DNA from: Betaproteobacteria bacterium
GTDB lineage: Bacteria; Pseudomonadota; Gammaproteobacteria; Burkholderiales; SG8-41
NCBI GenBank assembly: GCA_021730905.1
Contig: JAKFYK010000018.1
Span: forward strand, 48,481 to 112,480
Direction: 5' to 3'
Length of the DNA stretch: 64,000 nt
Numbering within the stretch: the stretch's first letter is position 1; every line of letters starts with the position of its first letter. Below, one piece after another: positions 58,999-64,000 of this stretch. The notes beneath the pieces were generated by a model. The model saw only the letters and a program-made list of their open reading frames with translations. It searched no databases and was not told the origin of the DNA. The position numbers were made by a program, and so were the translations under genes.

Positions 58999-60315
58999 AT
59001 GACCGCAATACGCATGGCTTTCCGCGTGGCACTGATGTGCGCGGCAATGGTACGCTTCGCCGCACCAACGCTCGCCTACGCGCAAGCATCCGCTCCCGGC
59101 CAAACACTGCCGTTTGCTACCTCCGAAAATGCCCGCGACGTACTCGTGCACGTACGTCCCGCCGTGATACAGATCAGGGGCTTTTTCGGTTCGAACACCG
59201 CACAAGCCTTCCATGGCACCGGCTTTGCCGTGGCGCCGGACGGCGTGTTCATGACCAATTACCATGTGGTAGCGCAGCAGATCCTGTATCCGGACAAGTA
59301 CCGGCTCGAATACCGCACGGCGGAAGGCAAGACCGGAAGCATCACCGTGCTCGCAATAGACGTGCGCCACGACCTTGCCGTGGTACGTGCCACGGGGCTC
59401 GCCCCTACGCCACTCAAACTCGAGCCCGAAGTACCGGTCAAGGGCGAGCGCGCCTATTCCATAGGATTCCCGCTGGATGTGGGTCTCACCATCACCGAGG
59501 GCGTATCGAACGGCAAGGTCGAAGACTCGTTCGACCCGCGCATCCATTACTCCGGTGCGATCAACGGCGGCATGTCCGGCGGACCGGCATTGAACGCGGT
59601 GGGCAATGTGATTGGCGTCAACGTATCGGGTTACCGCTTTGAACAGCTGGTGAGTTTTCTCGTTCCGGCGCTTCATGCACAGACACTGCTCGAGCGTTCG
59701 CTCAAACAAAAATCCACTGCGGGCGCCTTGAGGAAAGAAGTGCTGATGCAAATGCGCGCACACGCCACAGACCTGATCGGCGCCCTCAATGGCCCGATGC
59801 TGACACAAGCTGCCGCCGGCTATGCGCTGCCGGCCAAACTCGCGCCGTTCATCGACTGCAACGCCTCGGGAGACCCCGCACCCGATCAACCGGTGCAGAT
59901 AGTGCGCATCAACTGCTCGGCCAAAGCCGGCCTCTACGTGCAGCAGGGCCTGTATAGCGGCGATCTAAAATACTCGCATTACATACTGTCGACAGACAAG
60001 CTCGACGCCTGGCGCTTCGCACAACGGCTCTCCGGACTCGCAGCCGCCACCGGCGCTTACGGCTCGCGCCGGCATGTGGGACCGTTCTCCTGCGAAAACA
60101 AGATCATCGGCCTGAAGGGATTCGATGCCAGCGTGATGATATGCGTGCGCAGCTATCGCAAGCTCGACGGGCTCTATGATTTCACCGTACGAGTGAGCAG
60201 CCTGAACGGCTCGAAGCGCGGCTTCGCCAGCCACCTCGATATGTACGGGCTCGAGTTCGATGCCGGCATGCGCTTTATCAAGCGTTACGTCGAGGTCATG
60301 GAGTGGAAACCGTGA
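58999..60315 (+). CDS. Secreted trypsin-like (S1C) serine protease with a Cys-containing C-terminal domain
   Basis: Start at MTAIRMAFRVALMCAAMVRFAAPTLAYA/Q. Catalytic triad context NYHVV, HDLAVV, GGMSGGP. The start is 1 nt after the hpnD stop. Confidence 0.75.
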   Translation: MTAIRMAFRVALMCAAMVRFAAPTLAYAQASAPGQTLPFATSENARDVLVHVRPAVIQIRGFFGSNTAQAFHGTGFAVAPDGVFMTNYHVVAQQILYPDKYRLEYRTAEGKTGSITVLAIDVRHDLAVVRATGLAPTPLKLEPEVPVKGERAYSIGFPLDVGLTITEGVSNGKVEDSFDPRIHYSGAINGGMSGGPALNAVGNVIGVNVSGYRFEQLVSFLVPALHAQTLLERSLKQKSTAGALRKEVLMQMRAHATDLIGALNGPMLTQAAAGYALPAKLAPFIDCNASGDPAPDQPVQIVRINCSAKAGLYVQQGLYSGDLKYSHYILSTDKLDAWRFAQRLSGLAAATGAYGSRRHVGPFSCENKIIGLKGFDASVMICVRSYRKLDGLYDFTVRVSSLNGSKRGFASHLDMYGLEFDAGMRFIKRYVEVMEWKP

Positions 60316-61325
60316 CCGCCGAAACCGTGCTGATAGAGATCCTCGGCAGCCACGGCCGCGTGCAGACGCATACACGCGTCGTGCTCACCAGCGACACGCG
60401 CACCTTCACCATCGGGCGCGCCGCGCACGCCGACGTGACGCTGGATGACGCTTACACCGCTGCGTTGCACGCCTCGATCGAGGTCACGCCTGAAGGCAAG
60501 ATACGGGTGAGTGATCTCGGCTCGGTCAACGGCATAGTCATCTCCGGCAAACGCCACCGTGAGGCGCAACCTCTGGAGCTCGCCGACGGCATGCTGCAGA
60601 TCGGCCGCACGCGTTTGCGGGTGCGCACCGCCCACGAAGTCCTGGCGCCGGAAAAACCGGATCAGCTCGCGCCGGCTTCGATCCTGCGCGATCCGGCGTG
60701 GATCGCGGGAATCGGCGCGTTGGCATGCGCCGCGCAACTGGCCTACGGCGGTTGGCTGGGCGCGCCGCGCGACCTCGCCTCCATCATCGTCACCACGTTC
60801 CTTTCGGGCGCACTCGCGGCCGGCGTGTGGGTGGCCTTCTGGGCGCTGCTGTCGCGCGTGATGCAGGGCGAGTGGCGCTGGCTGCGTCACGCCGCGATCT
60901 TTCTCGGCGTGGCGGCGGTCTTCGTTGCGATTAACGGCGTCATGGACCTGGGCTGGTTCATGTTTTCACTGCCGCAGTGGAGCACCCGCACCGCGTGGGT
61001 AGGCGCCATCGCTTTCGGCTGTGCGCTGTACCTGCACCTGATTCATGCATCCAGTATTACCGCGCGCCGCGCTGCGATGGTAGCGTGCATCGTTCCGGCG
61101 CTATCGGGCGGCGCCGGCCAGTGGCTGCAAGAACGCAATCAGATGCGCGACGTCAACTACATCGGCGCCAGCCTGCGCATTTATCCGCCTTCGCTGCGCT
61201 TGCGCTCCGCCGGCACCCCGGAGGACTACTTTCGCAGCGCCATGGCCTTGCGCGATGGTGCAGACAAAACGCGCAAAGCCCTGCGTACGGATGATGAAAG
61301 TGATTCCGCGGACGACGACGATTGA
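60303..61325 (+). CDS. FHA-domain protein with a C-terminal multi-TM region and an acidic tail
   Basis: FHA pattern FTIGRAAHADVTLDD...SALHASIEV...DLGSVNGIVISG. About 4-5 hydrophobic segments. Tail DDESDSADDDD. Overlaps the protease gene. Confidence 0.6.
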   Translation: METVTAETVLIEILGSHGRVQTHTRVVLTSDTRTFTIGRAAHADVTLDDAYTAALHASIEVTPEGKIRVSDLGSVNGIVISGKRHREAQPLELADGMLQIGRTRLRVRTAHEVLAPEKPDQLAPASILRDPAWIAGIGALACAAQLAYGGWLGAPRDLASIIVTTFLSGALAAGVWVAFWALLSRVMQGEWRWLRHAAIFLGVAAVFVAINGVMDLGWFMFSLPQWSTRTAWVGAIAFGCALYLHLIHASSITARRAAMVACIVPALSGGAGQWLQERNQMRDVNYIGASLRIYPPSLRLRSAGTPEDYFRSAMALRDGADKTRKALRTDDESDSADDDD

Positions 61326-61341
61326 TGACGGAAAGCCAGAA

Positions 61342-62097
61342 ATGAATCTGCAACTGACCGATAAAACCGCGCTGGTCACCGGCGCCAGCCAGGGCATAGG
61401 CCGCGCCATCGCCAAGGGGCTTGCCGCCGAAGGCGTACAGACCTGCATCGTTGCGCGCCGCAAGGCGCTGCTCGATGAACTCGCCGCCGAGATCGTGGCG
61501 GCAGGCGGTAAAAAGCCGGAAATCGTGGTGATCGACGTGATGGAAACCGACGCGCCCATACGTTTGGCGCGAGCCGCTGAAAAAGCACTGGGCAAAATCG
61601 ACATCCTGATCAACAGTGCCGGCGGCAGCAAACCGGCGATACACGTCGACGCGCCCGACAGCGCGTGGGACGAATCGATGACGCTCAACTACGCGCGCGT
61701 GCGCCAGCTCACGCACGCAGTGCTGCCGGGCATGATGCAGCGCCAATGGGGCCGCATCATCAATATCAGCGGCAAATCTGAACCCGAAGCGCTGATCGCC
61801 GCCACCCCCACCAAGGCCGCGATACACGCCTGGTCAAAAGGCCTGTCACGCGAAGTGGGCCCGCGTGGCGTCACCGTCAACTGCATTCCGCCCGGACGCA
61901 TCATGAGCGAGCAGATCCGCCGCAAATACTCGCCGGAATTTCGCGCAGAACAATCGGCTAAAGAAATTCCCGTCGGCCGCTACGGCGAACCGGAAGAACT
62001 TGCGGCACTGGCAGTGTTTTTGTCATCACCCGTTGCCGCGTACATCACGGGAACGGTAATGCCGGTGGATGGTGGACTGCGGAAGTACGCATTTTAG
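61342..62097 (+). CDS. Short-chain dehydrogenase/reductase
   Basis: Start at MNLQLTDKTALVTGASQGIGRAIA. NSAG motif. Confidence 0.85.
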   Translation: MNLQLTDKTALVTGASQGIGRAIAKGLAAEGVQTCIVARRKALLDELAAEIVAAGGKKPEIVVIDVMETDAPIRLARAAEKALGKIDILINSAGGSKPAIHVDAPDSAWDESMTLNYARVRQLTHAVLPGMMQRQWGRIINISGKSEPEALIAATPTKAAIHAWSKGLSREVGPRGVTVNCIPPGRIMSEQIRRKYSPEFRAEQSAKEIPVGRYGEPEELAALAVFLSSPVAAYITGTVMPVDGGLRKYAF

Positions 62098-62136
62098 CCG
62101 CACGCTATAATCAAGTGTGTTGAGGGAGCGTTATCC

Positions 62137-63225
62137 ATGCAAACCAAAATCCCCTGCGTCATCATGCGCGGCGGCACGTCGCGTGGCCCTTTTTTTCAAA
62201 CGTCTGATCTGCCCAGCGACACAGCCACGCGCGATGCGGTGCTGCTCTCCGTGATGGGTTCGCCGCACGAGATTCAGGTGGATGGCATCGGCGGTTCGCA
62301 CTCGGTGACGAGCAAGGTGGCGATGATCAGCAAATCGCAGCGTCCCGGCGTGGATGTGGATTATCTGTTTGCGCAGGTCGAAATCAACGAGCAGCGCGTC
62401 GATACCAAACCCAATTGCGGCAACATGCTGGTGGCCGTGGGACCGTTTGCCATCGACCAGGGGCTGATTCCGGCGAAGGACGGCGAAACGCCGGTGCGCA
62501 TCTTCAACGTCAATACGCAATCGATGGTGGAAGCGATTGTGCAAACACCCGGCGGTGAGGTGAATTACGAAGGCACGGCGTCCATCGACGGCGTGCCCGG
62601 GACCGCCGCGCCCGTGGGCATCAACTTCACCGCGGCCATCGGCTCGGTGACCAAAAAACTGCTGCCGACCGGCAAGCCGCTGGATGTGATCGACGGTATG
62701 GAAGTGAGTTGCGTCGATGTAGCAATGCCGGTGATTCTGATGCGCGCGGAAGCGTTCGGCAAAACCGGGTACGAGACCGCCAACGAACTCGACGCCGATA
62801 AGGAACTGTTCCAGCGCATGGAAACGATTCGCATCAAGGCGGGTGCCATGATGGGCATGGGCGATGTGTCGAAATCCGTGGTGCCCAAGATCAGCCTGCT
62901 CGCCAAACCGCGTCACGGCGGAACTATTTCATCGCGTTTCTTCGTGCCCTACTCCTGTCATAAGGCTCACCCGGTGACGGGCACGGTGTGCCTTGCATCG
63001 GCATGTGCAATTCCAGGTACCCTTGCAGAAAAACTCACCAGCCGCGTCGAGGCACCGCAGGGCATCATCGAAATCGAACATCCGTCGGGCAAGATCGCGA
63101 TTGACCTCGATGCCGATTTCAGCAACGGCAAACAGGAGTTGCGCCGCGCCGCGCTGATACGCACCGCGCGCCGCATTTTCGAAGGCAAGGTCAATGTGCC
63201 CAAGGCAATATGGGCCGGTCAATAG
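62137..63225 (+). CDS. PrpF / 4-oxalomesaconate tautomerase family isomerase
   Basis: 362 aa. N-terminal IPCVIMRGGTSRGPFF is a hallmark of the family. Confidence 0.75.
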   Translation: MQTKIPCVIMRGGTSRGPFFQTSDLPSDTATRDAVLLSVMGSPHEIQVDGIGGSHSVTSKVAMISKSQRPGVDVDYLFAQVEINEQRVDTKPNCGNMLVAVGPFAIDQGLIPAKDGETPVRIFNVNTQSMVEAIVQTPGGEVNYEGTASIDGVPGTAAPVGINFTAAIGSVTKKLLPTGKPLDVIDGMEVSCVDVAMPVILMRAEAFGKTGYETANELDADKELFQRMETIRIKAGAMMGMGDVSKSVVPKISLLAKPRHGGTISSRFFVPYSCHKAHPVTGTVCLASACAIPGTLAEKLTSRVEAPQGIIEIEHPSGKIAIDLDADFSNGKQELRRAALIRTARRIFEGKVNVPKAIWAGQ

Positions 63226-63244
63226 ACCTCCGCGATGCACATCA

Positions 63245-63259
63245 TAAGTATTTGTTTTT
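63245..63259 (-). repeat. Dispersed 15-mer, exact copy (plus strand reads TAAGTATTTGTTTTT)
   Basis: Read directly. Followed by AAATGTTTTTTT. Lies 18 nt upstream of the hpnE GTG. Confidence 0.9.
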
Positions 63260-63276
63260 AAATGTTTTTTTAAGAC

Positions 63277-64000
63277 GTGCCTGACGCCCTGAAGCACGTC
63301 GCGATTGTCGGCGGCGGTTATGCCGGCATGGCGGCTGCCGTTACGCTGGCTGAGCACGGTGTGGCGGTTACGGTCTATGAGGCCAGTCCCACGCTCGGCG
63401 GCCGCGCGCGTCGCGTCGAAATCAACGGCGTTGCCCTTGATAACGGTCTGCACATTCTGATCGGCGCGTACCGTGAAACGCTGCGGCTGATCGAGCAAGT
63501 GCATCCGTCGCCGGCGGACGCGCCGCCGCCATTGTTGCGTCTACCGCTCGACTGGTATCAGCATCAACATCTGCATCTGCGCGCGCCCGCGCTGCCAGCG
63601 CCGTTGCACCTGCTGACGGCGCTGCTCACGGCCAAAGGTGCAAACTGGAGCGAACGCTGGGCAGCGATCCGCATGATGCGCGCGCTGCGCCGTGCGAATT
63701 TTCACCTGCCGCAGGATACAACCGTCAGCGCTTTGCTCGAGACTTACGCGCAAGGCCCGGTGTTCACGCAACACCTGTGGATTCCGCTGTGCGTCTCGGC
63801 GCTTAACACGCCTTCTGAAAAAGCCTCCGCACAGCTCTTTCTCAATGTGCTGCGCGATAGCCTCAACGCCGACCGCGCCGGCAGCGATTTGCTGATCGCG
63901 CGCGTCGATCTGAGCGCGCTGTTTCCCGAACCGGCGGCAAATTACGTGCGTGCACGCGGTGGTGAGGTGCTTACGGGCTGCCGGGTCACCGCCGTCGATC
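63277..64000 (+). CDS. hpnE: Squalene-associated FAD-dependent desaturase HpnE (5' part, runs off the window)
   Basis: My own translation from the GTG gives VPDALKHVAIVGGGYAGMAAAVTLAEHGVAVTVYEASPTLGGRARR...LDNGLHILIGAY. The frame is open to the window end. It is not in the ORF track because there is no stop. Confidence 0.7.
   Translation, partial: MPDALKHVAIVGGGYAGMAAAVTLAEHGVAVTVYEASPTLGGRARRVEINGVALDNGLHILIGAYRETLRLIEQVHPSPADAPPPLLRLPLDWYQHQHLHLRAPALPAPLHLLTALLTAKGANWSERWAAIRMMRALRRANFHLPQDTTVSALLETYAQGPVFTQHLWIPLCVSALNTPSEKASAQLFLNVLRDSLNADRAGSDLLIARVDLSALFPEPAANYVRARGGEVLTGCRVTAVD

Overview
All calls come from reading the sequence and the ORF track by hand. GC content and identities are by-eye estimates, and family names are from memory. 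No searches were run.

This is a GC-rich (about 60% or more) proteobacterial chromosomal window. Gene content and order point to a betaproteobacterium: Bug/TctC binding proteins with tctBA, hopanoid genes hpnC/D/E, mltD-gloB-yafS-rnhA-dnaQ synteny, and tig-clpP-clpX-lon-tRNA-ppiD-fabI. I call about 60 CDS and 3 tRNAs (Asp-GTC, Val-TAC, Leu-TAG). I also call two RpoH-type heat-shock promoters (htpG, lon) and two intrinsic terminators. I saw no rRNA, CRISPR array, transposase, integrase or phage genes.

Four observations stand out:
1. The region 3946-12940 holds eight tandem, strongly diverged paralogs. Each has a signal peptide, a class I SAM-methyltransferase fold (FAM173/7BS-KMT-like core) and a shared C-terminal module of about 100 aa. 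A 7-TM spermidine-synthase-like fusion gene interrupts the array. A small secreted protein leads it and an amino-acid permease trails it. This looks like an uncharacterised extracytoplasmic methyltransferase-fold system.
2. An AT-rich 15-mer, AAAAACAAATACTTA, recurs at least 11 times (4 exact copies), mostly in short intergenic gaps. One exact copy lies inside an ABC ATPase gene, written in rare codons.
3. The hpnC-hpnD junction carries 15-bp tandem repeats. It also carries a synonymously diverged duplicate of the hpnD 5' end. Together these form mini-ORFs chained by GTGA/ATGA/GTGA overlaps.
4. Four unrelated genes sit between hpnD and hpnE.
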